From an uncultured Candidatus Saccharimonas sp. (GTDB lineage Bacteria; Patescibacteriota; Saccharimonadia; Saccharimonadales; AQU-01), in contig CALRGT010000001.1 of NCBI GenBank assembly GCA_943358095.1, positions 82,842-146,841 of the forward strand: a stretch of DNA of 64,000 nt, given 5' to 3'. The notes under the pieces are model-generated. The model was not told the DNA's origin and searched no databases. It saw only the letters and a list, made by a program, of their open reading frames with translations. Position 1 is the stretch's first letter; each line of letters begins with the position of its first letter. The position numbers and the translations under genes are program-made. Shown here in pieces: positions 8,195 through 17,230 of the stretch.

Positions 8195-8902
8195 ATGATA
8201 ACTACTGGAGCGATTCTATTAATAATAGTCGGACTTTACTGGATATTTATGTCGTCCTACTCTCAAATTTTTGGTAATTTTCCATTTCGTGGCAAGACTA
8301 ATGCGAAGCTGATAGCCCTTACTTTTGATGATGGACCAAACGAACCATTCACAACTGATATACTCGATTATCTCGATAGTAAGAATATAAAGGCTACATT
8401 TTTTCAGGTAGGTAATTGTATTAATAAGTACCCCGAGGTCACACTTCGTGCATATAAGGCGGGTCATGTCATCGCCAACCATTCTTTATCCCATAAATTC
8501 ACAAAATACTTTAGCGAACCAAGTTTTACTAATGAGATCAGCGCTAATCAAACCATTATTAAAAATATAATCGGCCAAACGCCTGCGTTATTTCGACCTC
8601 CTTGGCTATTTAGAAACCCATTACTGCTAAGAACCGTCAGGAGACTAGGCATGACACCAATTTCTGGAGTGTTTGGACATAACCTAGAAATATTCCAGCC
8701 ATCAGCCAAAAAAATGGCCAAACAAGTCGTCAAGATAGCGAAACCTGGTTCAGTGATAATTTTTCATGATGGCTACGACTCAAAGGGAGGCAATCGCACC
8801 GAAACAGTAAACTCAATCAAGATCATCGTCGAGGAACTATCCACTAAAGGCTATGAATTCGTGACCGTCGACAAACTTTATGGCATAAAAGCGTATCAAT
8901 AA
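8195..8902 (+). CDS. Polysaccharide deacetylase (NodB homology domain)
   Basis: LTFDDGPN, HVIANHSLSH and FRPPW motifs. Confidence 0.85.
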   Translation: MITTGAILLIIVGLYWIFMSSYSQIFGNFPFRGKTNAKLIALTFDDGPNEPFTTDILDYLDSKNIKATFFQVGNCINKYPEVTLRAYKAGHVIANHSLSHKFTKYFSEPSFTNEISANQTIIKNIIGQTPALFRPPWLFRNPLLLRTVRRLGMTPISGVFGHNLEIFQPSAKKMAKQVVKIAKPGSVIIFHDGYDSKGGNRTETVNSIKIIVEELSTKGYEFVTVDKLYGIKAYQ

Positions 8903-8949
8903 TAACGATCAAACTGCTACCATATATAGGATATTGAATAGCCAGGAAA

Positions 8950-9351
8950 GTGAAAGAATATATGAAGAATATTACCAAAAAATACACTATAAAAGCGCCA
9001 ATCTCATCTGTCTGGCGAGCCCTTACTGATCCGTCGGTAATACAAGAATGGAGTGGTGTACCAGCGATCATGACTACCCAACTCGTCAAATTTAGCCTAT
9101 GGGGTGGTGATATTCACGGCATTAATACTGAGGTAGCTGAGAATGAATTATTAAAACAGGACTGGTATAGCGAGGATTGGGCTCAACCGTCAAAAGTCAC
9201 CTTTACGCTTGAAGTCAAAAAGAACAATACCGTACTGACTCTACTGCACGAGGGTTTCCCGGAAGCTGAAGCAAAAGATCTAGAGCATGGCTGGGAAGAA
9301 TTCTACCTAAAGCCTATTAAGCAGCTTCTAGAGGAACAATACTCCAATTAA
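8950..9351 (+). CDS. SRPBCC/AHSA1-family protein
   Basis: TIKAPISSVWRALTDPSVIQEWSG N-terminus and a size typical of START-like AHSA1 proteins. Confidence 0.7.
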   Translation: MKEYMKNITKKYTIKAPISSVWRALTDPSVIQEWSGVPAIMTTQLVKFSLWGGDIHGINTEVAENELLKQDWYSEDWAQPSKVTFTLEVKKNNTVLTLLHEGFPEAEAKDLEHGWEEFYLKPIKQLLEEQYSN

Positions 9352-9435
9352 GCTCTAGATAGCTTATTGTGATTAAGCTCACAGACCACTAACAGATTAG
9401 TCTGTATGCTTAGTATGTAAAAAGAGGAGCAGGTT

Positions 9436-9573
9436 ATGAGCAATGACACAGAAGGCACCTATATCTCGAGAAAACTATTTACATTAAACGAAGGAATCAT
9501 AATCATAGCTAGCAAACTATTACGGCCGCTAATGTTTCCTGCCTACGCACTAATCCCTATAATATTGATATAA
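9436..9573 (+). CDS. 45-aa hydrophobic peptide (below the ORF-track cut-off)
   Basis: Strong SD AGAGGAG 6 nt upstream of the ATG. My translation is MSNDTEGTYISRKLFTLNEGIIIIASKLLRPLMFPAYALIPIILI. Confidence 0.35.
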   Translation: MSNDTEGTYISRKLFTLNEGIIIIASKLLRPLMFPAYALIPIILI

Positions 9574-9592
9574 TAAATTCGAAGGAGCTCAT

Positions 9593-9853
9593 ATGACAAA
9601 AGCTAAGATTAAAGAAGAATTCAAAGTATCTGGCGATGACCTATTAAAAAGAATTAAACAATTGATAGCTGAGGGAAATATCCGCAGAATCACTATTCGC
9701 AACAAGGAAGGCCACAATGTCGTCGAACTACCGCTTACAGTCGGCTTTGTTGGTGCCGTACTTGCACCACCACTAGCTGCTGTAGGTGCCATAGCAGCGT
9801 TACTTAGCGAGTGCACGATAGTAGTCGAGAGAAGGGGTGAGTCCGAGAAATAG
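9593..9853 (+). CDS. DUF4342-like small protein
   Basis: SD GAAGGAG; IRRITIRNKEGHNVVELPLTVG followed by an Ala-rich hydrophobic tail. Confidence 0.5.
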   Translation: MTKAKIKEEFKVSGDDLLKRIKQLIAEGNIRRITIRNKEGHNVVELPLTVGFVGAVLAPPLAAVGAIAALLSECTIVVERRGESEK

Positions 9854-9937
9854 CTAGGAGCTCCTCCTAGCTCTATATGGGATCTGTGTGGCTTTTGAAT
9901 TATTTTACTAGTTCACAATTTATGATAAAATTTAAGC

Positions 9938-10702
9938 ATGAGCAAAACAATTACACTTATCGGTTTGAGAAAATTCAATTATTTTATGGCGGCACTCCAC
10001 GGCCTCCAAGCAGTCGCCTTACTGGCATTAAGCAAAAACTTTACTCTGCCTATCAGCGCAGGCTATCTGAGCTGGGACCAGGCAGCCATGAGAGTAGTGC
10101 CACGAAGTACTGTGCTCTTTAACTTGTCGCTGCCATTACTTATCGCCATGTTCCTAATAATATCGTCGGTAGCTCATATCATAATAGCAACCGTATACAA
10201 CAAAACTTATAACGAAAACCTACAGAAGGGCATCAATAAAGCCCGTTGGTTTGAATACTCTATATCAGCAAGCATTATGATGGTTGCGATTGCATTACTA
10301 GTTGGTGTCTACGACCTTACTAGCCTAGTTATGATCTTTAGTCTTACTGCAATCATGAACTTGCTTGGACTTGTCATGGAAATACACAACCAAACAACTA
10401 CTAAGACTAACTGGGTTAGTTATTGGATAGGCTGCCTAGCAGGAATCATACCTTGGTTAGTTATAGCATTTTACTTCTGGTTGTCAGCAAGCAAGGAAAC
10501 AGCTGCACCAGTATTCGTCTACTTTATTTTTGTATCCCTCTTCATCTTCTTTAACTGCTTTGCAATCAACATGGTTTTGCAATACAAGAAGGTCGGCAAG
10601 TGGAGTAATTACCTATATGGTGAACGTGCCTATATCATCCTGAGCCTAGTTGCTAAATCTCTACTAGCATGGCAGGTATTCGGCGGCACACTTCGTCCAT
10701 AA
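9938..10702 (+). CDS. Heliorhodopsin
   Basis: Seven TM helices. Matches HeR hallmarks as I recall them: LHGLQAVALLAL (His), ARWFEYSISASIM (counter-ion Glu), SVAHIII (His), WSNYLYGERAYIILSLVAKSLLAWQVF (Schiff-base Lys). Confidence 0.9.
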   Translation: MSKTITLIGLRKFNYFMAALHGLQAVALLALSKNFTLPISAGYLSWDQAAMRVVPRSTVLFNLSLPLLIAMFLIISSVAHIIIATVYNKTYNENLQKGINKARWFEYSISASIMMVAIALLVGVYDLTSLVMIFSLTAIMNLLGLVMEIHNQTTTKTNWVSYWIGCLAGIIPWLVIAFYFWLSASKETAAPVFVYFIFVSLFIFFNCFAINMVLQYKKVGKWSNYLYGERAYIILSLVAKSLLAWQVFGGTLRP

Positions 10703-10729
10703 TGGTATTTAAAAGCACTTGCACTATGG

Positions 10730-10737
10730 TGTATAAT
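10730..10737 (+). promoter_or_regulatory. -10 element TGTATAAT of the decayed polymerase cassette
   Basis: GGTGTATAATT is identical to the 11-mer at 31031-31041 upstream of the intact cassette. Confidence 0.5.
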
Positions 10738-10977
10738 TAATTCAGCAATGGGAGCATGAACCGCAATCGCGGTCATAGTTCACGAGCTTTATTTTTCAAC
10801 TCTAGGGCGGCATACTCCGGTCACTACCTCACCCTCACATAGCTAAACCTGTAGATATAGTAACCGAACGGTTTTACTTATATCACTTTATCAGGAAGCT
10901 CACATTTAAAACCCGTTCAGCTGAACCAAATGGTCAGTTGTTCTCTTAAAGTCTACTAAATGTGAGGAGCTAGAGTT

Positions 10978-11238
10978 ATGAATCAAACAATCAACAAGCA
11001 AATTTCGGTATTATCTTATTATTTTTCTAGTGGTAACTGTGCGCGTTTCTTCCCAAAAAAAATTGAATTTGAAGGCAGCGAACTAGACCTGATCGAATCT
11101 GGTCTTAGGTGCTTGGTCAAAAAAGGCCAAAGCTTTATTCAGATATTCAACATGAGTGATGGCAACAACGAATACCGTCTAAGCTTTGAGCCAGATAATC
11201 GTGAATGGACTCTTTTAAGCATGAAAGCTCAGGCCTAG
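10978..11238 (+). CDS. Small protein, paralog 1 of a polymerase-associated family
   Basis: By-eye similarity to 31333..31599 (IN..SV..YY.S, P..I, EYRLSF..DN..W.L); SD GAGGAG. Confidence 0.6.
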   Translation: MNQTINKQISVLSYYFSSGNCARFFPKKIEFEGSELDLIESGLRCLVKKGQSFIQIFNMSDGNNEYRLSFEPDNREWTLLSMKAQA

Positions 11239-11241
11239 ACT

Positions 11242-11463
11242 ATGCAACTCACACTACAACTTGCGTCTAACAATAGCTGGGCATTTGCTAAGTACCGTCA
11301 CTATAACTATTCGATCAAACCATCATCTAATAGAAATATAATCATTACTGCTTGTTCGCGTGAGGCAAAATTACTTGGAATTAAAGCAGGTATGCATTAT
11401 GAAAAAGCCAAGACCTTAATTCCAGAAATTAAAATATTCATAATCGGAGGGACCAATGTATGA
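11242..11463 (+). pseudogene. 73-aa N-terminal remnant of a Y-family DNA polymerase
   Basis: NIIITACSREAKLLGIKAGMHYEKAKTLIPEIKIF aligns with GIIIASSYEAKALGIKLGVSVRDARLLCRDVIVM of 31580..32821. The catalytic-Asp block (MHIDLNSCFA) is degenerate (LQLASNNSWA) and the palm, finger and little-finger regions are missing. Confidence 0.6.
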
Positions 11464-11680
11464 CAAATCAAACACCGAATTGGCAGAAGTACTTAGACAC
11501 TACGGTAAAGACTTCCAAGCTTTCAAAATCAAATGGAAAGGCGTCGATTACCACATCTCGAAAATCGCACTTAAACAATCAAAGGGGATCACAACCAATA
11601 ACTTTTGCGTTCTTGAGGCAACTGACGGATTGGCTATTTTTGAAATAGTCACCCATCAACCTTGGCCAAAATTCCACTAA
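11456..11680 (+). CDS. Small protein, paralog 2 of the polymerase-associated family
   Basis: FKIKWKGVDYHISKIA resembles HLIRWQNREYLVGKIG of 31333..31599. The ATG overlaps the upstream stop (ATGTATGA). Confidence 0.5.
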   Translation: MYDKSNTELAEVLRHYGKDFQAFKIKWKGVDYHISKIALKQSKGITTNNFCVLEATDGLAIFEIVTHQPWPKFH

Positions 11681-11737
11681 TATGAACTATCCACAAAACT
11701 CATTACAAATGATGAGTAATCTGTTATTCTATGTCAT

Positions 11738-12727
11738 ATGAACCTCTTTTCGAGCCTCAATCAAGCCTCAGTACACGATTATCATGTACCGCTTTTTCTA
11801 TATCTAGCCATGCTGGCCGTACTAGCATTTTACGCAGTTATCGAATTTCGTCATTCAAAACACGATCACGTAATTAAGTTCAAAGAGGCTCTAAAGTGGT
11901 CGTTAATATACATATTTATATCCTTAGCTTTTTCGGTTCTAATATTTTTCTTGATCGGCAAACAAGCAGCCGGTGAATATTTAGCTGCTTGGGGAATAGA
12001 GAAGGCGCTAAGCCTCGACAACTTATTTCTTATAGGATTGATCTTTGCTGGTTTTAATGTCAAGCCAGAATACCAAAGACGAATGCTCAACTACGGCATA
12101 GCTGGTGCAATAATCTTCAGACTTATATTTATATTGGCAGGATTCGAGCTTTTAAGGCGTTTTGAGTGGATAAGTGTTGTCTTTGGGCTAATCTTGCTGA
12201 GAGCATCCTGGAAGGCATACAAAGAGGCTCGTGGTGGCCATGATATTGAAGAAGAATTTGAAGCCTTAGAAGGACCAATATTTCGGCTAATGAATAAAGT
12301 GCTGCCTATTTATCCTAAGTTTGACGGTCACAAACTTACAACAAAAGTGAACGGAAAACGCATGTTAACGATGATGGCTGCAGTGATTATTGTAATAGAG
12401 TTCACGGATGTCATATTGGCTGTGGATAGTGTGCCAGCAGTTCTAGCAGTCAGCCCAGACCGTTTTATAGCCTACTCCAGCAATGTTTTTGCTTTACTAG
12501 GCCTAAGAGCGCTATTTTTTGTCTACGAAGCTGTTGCCGACAAGTTCTGGGCAATTAACTGGGCGCTGTCGGCTATCTTAGGCTGGATTAGCTTTAAAAT
12601 GATAACCGGTCCGTTCGGCCTACATATACCAATATTAATCAATCTTGGCGTTCTGTTTGTATTATTTTTCGGAAGCATGATTATTTCTATCGTATGGCAA
12701 CCCAAGCACAAAAAAGCTAAAGCTTAG
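11738..12727 (+). CDS. TerC-family integral membrane protein
   Basis: IEKALSLDNLFLIGLIF and FTDVILAVDSVPAVLAV motifs; many TM helices. Confidence 0.85.
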   Translation: MNLFSSLNQASVHDYHVPLFLYLAMLAVLAFYAVIEFRHSKHDHVIKFKEALKWSLIYIFISLAFSVLIFFLIGKQAAGEYLAAWGIEKALSLDNLFLIGLIFAGFNVKPEYQRRMLNYGIAGAIIFRLIFILAGFELLRRFEWISVVFGLILLRASWKAYKEARGGHDIEEEFEALEGPIFRLMNKVLPIYPKFDGHKLTTKVNGKRMLTMMAAVIIVIEFTDVILAVDSVPAVLAVSPDRFIAYSSNVFALLGLRALFFVYEAVADKFWAINWALSAILGWISFKMITGPFGLHIPILINLGVLFVLFFGSMIISIVWQPKHKKAKA

Positions 12728-12849
12728 CGCGAAATAGCGTTTAAACTATTTGACACTAAATATTTGCGCTATACGCTTGCCGAAAAGTAGCGTCTTGGTG
12801 GATAATGATTAGTGTTCTATTGAAATCGATAAATTAATTAGGGGGCTGT

Positions 12850-13101
12850 ATGTCGAAGATTACAATTTATAGCACTGCAACTTGTGTCTACTGCAAAATG
12901 CTCAAAGACTATCTTACAAAGCATAAAATCAAATACACCGAAAAGCACGTTGACCAAGATCAGAAGTTAGTGCAGGAGCTCATGGATAAGAGTGGGCAAC
13001 TTGGCGTACCATTTACAGTTATCGAAAACGACGACGAAACGTCTAGTACAATTCTAGGATTCGACAAGTCAAAGATCGATCAAATACTCGGTCTGGCATA
13101 A
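12850..13101 (+). CDS. Glutaredoxin/NrdH-like redoxin
   Basis: CVYC active site in KITIYSTATCVYCKMLKDYL; GVPFTVI. Confidence 0.8.
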   Translation: MSKITIYSTATCVYCKMLKDYLTKHKIKYTEKHVDQDQKLVQELMDKSGQLGVPFTVIENDDETSSTILGFDKSKIDQILGLA

Positions 13102-13124
13102 AAAATTAATTCAGGAGGTCAAAA

Positions 13125-13427
13125 ATGAAGGCTATTTGGAACGGAGTAGTTATAGCAGAAGCTCCTAGAGAAGAGTTAATTTATATTGAAGGTACCTTGT
13201 ATTTTCCGCCTTCTGCCGTCAATAAGGACTATTTTACTGCAAATGACTTTCATACAACCTGCCCATGGAAGGGCGAAGCCAGCTATTATAACGTCGAGGT
13301 TAACGGCAGCAAAAACGCCAATGGCGCCTGGTATTATCCGCAACCAAAGTCAGGGGCTATAGAAAAAGTCAAAAAAGACTTTAAGAATTACATAGCTTTC
13401 TGGCAGGGGATAATTGTTGAAGAATAA
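13125..13427 (+). CDS. DUF427-domain protein
   Basis: WNGVVIAEA, YFP, TTCPWKGEASYYNV and AWYYPQP motifs. Confidence 0.7.
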   Translation: MKAIWNGVVIAEAPREELIYIEGTLYFPPSAVNKDYFTANDFHTTCPWKGEASYYNVEVNGSKNANGAWYYPQPKSGAIEKVKKDFKNYIAFWQGIIVEE

Positions 13428-13468
13428 GCCTTATCTATCTTTCTACAAATAAACTATACTAGGCATAA

Positions 13469-14077
13469 ATGACCGATCATAAATTAAACAACCCACAACC
13501 TTTCAGCAACAAACTTGATTTGTGGCTAAAAAGTGACAGCCCAAAAACCTTGGCTGCAATGAACGATGTTTTTGCCGAAAAAAGCTTTGCAATATCTTTT
13601 CTGCTATTAATGTCTATACCTTCTCTGCCAATTCCTACTGGAGGTATCACGCATGTGTTTGAAGCAATAACCATATTACTTGCTATCGAACAAATTATCG
13701 GCTTGCGAACTATATGGACACCTAAATCATTAGGCAAAAGAGAAATCCCAATATCTATAATCAAAAAAGCCCTGCCTTTTTTAATCCGAAGAATAAAATG
13801 GTTCGAGAAGTACTCTCGTCCTAGATTTAGCAAATTCTTGGCCAATCCTATAGTTAATTCAATGTTTGGCATTATAATTCTTGGACTCGCACTAATTGCA
13901 ATAACGGCCGTACCTTTTAGCGGACTAGACACGCTACCTTCGCTAGGAATTGTTTTCATTTCACTAGGACTCATACTTGAGGATATTGTCGGAGCGATAG
14001 TGGGCATACTAATAGGATTAGCCGGCGTTGCAGTAATATTTGGACTAAGTCAGATTATAGTCAATCTAATACACTAA
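13469..14077 (+). CDS. ExoD-like membrane protein
   Basis: SFAISFLLLMSIPSLPIPTGGITHVFE and a size and topology typical of ExoD. Confidence 0.65.
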   Translation: MTDHKLNNPQPFSNKLDLWLKSDSPKTLAAMNDVFAEKSFAISFLLLMSIPSLPIPTGGITHVFEAITILLAIEQIIGLRTIWTPKSLGKREIPISIIKKALPFLIRRIKWFEKYSRPRFSKFLANPIVNSMFGIIILGLALIAITAVPFSGLDTLPSLGIVFISLGLILEDIVGAIVGILIGLAGVAVIFGLSQIIVNLIH

Positions 14078-14610
14078 AACTCGTAAACAAACCAATGATG
14101 TCTTTTAATTATTGGTTTTCGTATAGGCAATTTAAATATATAACTAACAAATTTAGTGCCTGGCTTCAATTCGTTATCAAGTTTAGACTCCAATTTTTCC
14201 ATGAAACGAGGTGTCAAAAAAGTCATAACTACATCAGCATCCGACAAGTCACAACTCCAGAAGTTGCCTAGATAAACGTGAGCCGACTTATATTTATAAT
14301 TCCTGAGCCAAGCGATAAGCCACATCAACGGATTAATCTCGTAACCTATCGCAGTTGCACCCATTTTGGCGGCCTCAGCGACAAATCGTCCATCACCACA
14401 ACCAAGCTCATAAAACACATCGCCTGACTTTAAACGACTATCTTTAATTACTCTTTTTAGATCTTTCTTAAATGCAGGAACCCAAGGTGCACCCAAAGGA
14501 CCTGCTACGGCAAATCCAACTAATATGATAAAGAATACTCCAAAATAGATATAGATTTGCATGAATTTATGTACATTATATAGGCGTCGGTATATGATTG
14601 GAAGTATCAA
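14074..14610 (-). CDS. Class I SAM-dependent methyltransferase with an N-terminal TM segment
   Basis: VFYELGCGDGRFVAEAA (motif I). The start may be the internal MQIYIY Met at 14562. Confidence 0.7.
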   Translation of the reverse strand: MILPIIYRRLYNVHKFMQIYIYFGVFFIILVGFAVAGPLGAPWVPAFKKDLKRVIKDSRLKSGDVFYELGCGDGRFVAEAAKMGATAIGYEINPLMWLIAWLRNYKYKSAHVYLGNFWSCDLSDADVVMTFLTPRFMEKLESKLDNELKPGTKFVSYIFKLPIRKPIIKRHHWFVYEF

Positions 14611-14619
14611 ATCTAGCTT

Positions 14620-15996
14620 ATGTTAAACAAAGACGAAATAACCACTGATGTAAATGAGATAAAAACCAGAGTTGGGGATTCTTTAGCATCTCAAAAAGCT
14701 GTTGGTGCTATGGCTACGGGACAAGTTATCAAGACCGCTCACGAAGTAAAGAGCTACTGGAACAAACTAGGACCAGGACTAACAACCGGTGCCTCAGATG
14801 ACGACCCTTCAGGAATAGCCACTTACTCCCAAGCTGGGGCAAGATATGGCTTCCAGCTGCTGTGGCTAGCTGCCTTTACGTTTCCGTTAATGTCGGTCGT
14901 ACAAGAAATGTGTGCTCGTATCGGACTAGTTACTGGCAGGGGATTAGCCGGCACAATAAGATTACACTTTTCAAAAAAACTACTTTATACGGTTAGCCTA
15001 TTATTATTTGTGGCAAATGCTTTTAACATTGGAGCCGACCTTGGTGCTATGGCTAAAGGTGCGCAGTTAATCAATGCAGGATGGAATTTCTATATGCTAG
15101 TCATAGGATTCTCCGCCATCAGCTTGGCTCTACAGGTTTTTACTCCTTACGACAAATACGCACGATACCTAAAATGGCTAGCTATGGTCTTGCTGGCTTA
15201 CGTAGCGTCGGCAATACTAGCGCACTTAAATTGGGCAGACGTTATGCGTCATGCATTCATACCTCACATCAAATTCGACAAAGATCAACTACTACTCATT
15301 TGCGGCGTACTAGGCACAACTATTTCACCTTATTTATTCTTTTGGCAGACCTCACAGGAAGTAGAAGGCGAAATATCAAAAGGCAAAACATCTTTAGTGT
15401 CACGCCGTGGTGCCACTACGTCTGAAATTAAAAATATGCGTATAGATGTCTGGTCTGGAATGTTTTTGTCTAATGTAGTTATGTTCTTCATAATTGCAGC
15501 TTGCGGTGCTTTACTGTTTGGTAACGGTATAACCAACATAACTACAGCCTCGCAGGCAGCAGAGGCATTAAGACCTTTCGCAGGCGATGCTACCTATTTC
15601 TTATTTGCAGTGGGCATCATAGGCACAGGGCTACTTGCAATACCCGTGCTGGCCGGTTCTAGCTCGTATGCCATCGCAGAAAGCTTTCAGTGGAAGGAAG
15701 GCCTTAGCCGTAAGCTTCGTCAAGCACAGGCTTTCTACGCCACTATATTCTTGTCTATGTTGATAGGACTAGGCATTAACTTTATTGGCATCGATCCTAT
15801 CAAAGCACTTATCTATTCTGCAGTCTTTAACGGCATTATCGCACCACTAATACTTCTGCCAATTGTTTTAATCAGCAGCAATCGCAAAATTATGGGCGAG
15901 TGGACTAACCATAAACTAACGACATTGATTGGCTGGATGGTTGTTGGAATAATGACTATTGCAGGCGTAGCAGCAATTATTGCAATAATGCTTTAA
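14620..15996 (+). CDS. mntH: Nramp-family divalent metal transporter
   Basis: GPGLTTGASDDDPSGIATYSQAGARYGFQLLW and 11-12 TM helices. Confidence 0.85.
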   Translation: MLNKDEITTDVNEIKTRVGDSLASQKAVGAMATGQVIKTAHEVKSYWNKLGPGLTTGASDDDPSGIATYSQAGARYGFQLLWLAAFTFPLMSVVQEMCARIGLVTGRGLAGTIRLHFSKKLLYTVSLLLFVANAFNIGADLGAMAKGAQLINAGWNFYMLVIGFSAISLALQVFTPYDKYARYLKWLAMVLLAYVASAILAHLNWADVMRHAFIPHIKFDKDQLLLICGVLGTTISPYLFFWQTSQEVEGEISKGKTSLVSRRGATTSEIKNMRIDVWSGMFLSNVVMFFIIAACGALLFGNGITNITTASQAAEALRPFAGDATYFLFAVGIIGTGLLAIPVLAGSSSYAIAESFQWKEGLSRKLRQAQAFYATIFLSMLIGLGINFIGIDPIKALIYSAVFNGIIAPLILLPIVLISSNRKIMGEWTNHKLTTLIGWMVVGIMTIAGVAAIIAIML

Positions 15997-17229
15997 CTAT
16001 TCATATCTCAGGGCTTCGATAGGGTCTTTGCGCGCCGCCCTAACAGCTGGAATAACTCCAAAAACAATACCTAAAGCTATAGAAACTCCAGCAGAGATTA
16101 GAACTACTTCTAATGAGATGACTGGATTCAAATGCGTTACTATTCGTAGTACCGCATTAATGACAAAAGCCAGGCCTATACCAATTGCACCACCAGTAGA
16201 ACTAAGTATCGTGGCCTCGACAAAAAACTGCTCTGATATTTGACGATTCGTAGCGCCGATAGCTTTTCTAATTCCAATCTCACGAGTTCTTTCGGTCACA
16301 GAAACAAGCATAATATTCATAATACCAATTCCACCTATTAGCAGAGACATGGCGGCAACTCCAGATATAAACGCCGTAAATACTTTTAGAATATTGCTAA
16401 CAACACTTAGATTTTCGTCCTGTTTCAATACTGTGAAGTCGTTTTGACCGCCATGAGCTAGCGTCATCTTTTTGTTTATTGCAGCTATTACGGCTGTAGT
16501 CTGGTCGACGCTTTCAGGACGAACTAGAACCTGCGCTAATTGATTGTGTCCGGTCAGCTCTTGACCTGCGGCATAAGGCATAGCAATTGCCTGATTCAAA
16601 TCTGTGCCGTAAGCTAGTGGACTATAGTTAAATTCTTCAAATACACCAATTACTACAAATTCAACGCCCCGAATAGTGAGAGTTCGACCTATCGGCACAT
16701 TCTCGGCGAATAAATTCTCGGCAACTCGCTTACCAATTACGACGACATGCTTATTAGAGTCTGTATCGTCAAAAAATACTCCATGATTAATTGTTTGCTT
16801 TAGCATGGCGGGGAACTTATCGTTTGTGGCAATTACCAAGCTTTGATTGTACTGAACGTCGTCCAGCTTAACTCCGCTATTAACTAGGCCTATCGGAACG
16901 ACAGTTTTTACTCCACTAGATGATTTAATCGTCTCAAGATCTGAATCGCTCATACTCCCACTACCAAATGCAAAACTACTAATCTGATTAACTTTCACAA
17001 TATTGCCGTTTTTATCACGAGTAACCAAGTTACCGGGTCGTACCGAGATCAAATCACTGCCAAGTAAGTTAATCTGGCCAACGACTTGTCGTTTTACGCC
17101 CTCACCAATACTGACTATTGTTATCACTGACAGGACGCCAAGAATCACACCTGTCATGGTCATTAAGCTACGCCATTTAGAATATTTAAGACTTTGTGCA
17201 GCAGATCTTATATTGCGTGTGATTGACAT
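15997..17229 (-). CDS. ABC transporter permease, MacB/FtsX type
   Basis: N-terminal TM, large periplasmic domain, C-terminal FtsX module (TERTREIGIRKAIGA). Confidence 0.85.
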   Translation of the reverse strand: MSITRNIRSAAQSLKYSKWRSLMTMTGVILGVLSVITIVSIGEGVKRQVVGQINLLGSDLISVRPGNLVTRDKNGNIVKVNQISSFAFGSGSMSDSDLETIKSSSGVKTVVPIGLVNSGVKLDDVQYNQSLVIATNDKFPAMLKQTINHGVFFDDTDSNKHVVVIGKRVAENLFAENVPIGRTLTIRGVEFVVIGVFEEFNYSPLAYGTDLNQAIAMPYAAGQELTGHNQLAQVLVRPESVDQTTAVIAAINKKMTLAHGGQNDFTVLKQDENLSVVSNILKVFTAFISGVAAMSLLIGGIGIMNIMLVSVTERTREIGIRKAIGATNRQISEQFFVEATILSSTGGAIGIGLAFVINAVLRIVTHLNPVISLEVVLISAGVSIALGIVFGVIPAVRAARKDPIEALRYE

Positions 17230-17230
17230 A

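Noticed and set aside
9877-10122. 81-aa ORF overlapping the heliorhodopsin start, plus the 76-aa ORF at 30796..31026 and the N-terminal extension of 31249..31599
   Set aside because: All are out of frame with, or extend upstream of, better-supported genes or structured RNA. They use poor starts and have low-complexity or unusual composition.
10915-10926. LexA SOS box in the polymerase-cassette leaders
   Set aside because: The palindrome is GTTC-N4-GAAC, the inverse of the Gram-positive GAAC-N4-GTTC box. It lies ~180 nt downstream of the -10 element. I noted it only as a conserved leader element.
11681-11737. yybP-ykoY (Mn) riboswitch upstream of the TerC gene
   Set aside because: Only 57 nt of spacer is available and none of the conserved riboswitch segments are visible.
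13477-14007. Long antisense ORFs inside well-supported genes: 13477..14007(-), 39829..40338(-), 47614..48063(-), 24954..25385(-), 25740..26135(-), 27407..27781(-), 43936..44316(-), 15081..15425(+), 22409..22720(-), 37218..37820(-)
   Set aside because: Each lies entirely within, and antisense to or out of frame with, a gene that has clear family motifs. None has its own start context or recognisable motifs.
14611-14619. Divergent genes only 9 nt apart (methyltransferase and Nramp)
   Set aside because: This is most simply explained by an over-extended methyltransferase start. The internal Met at 14562 leaves a 57-nt promoter region, so it is not a biological oddity.
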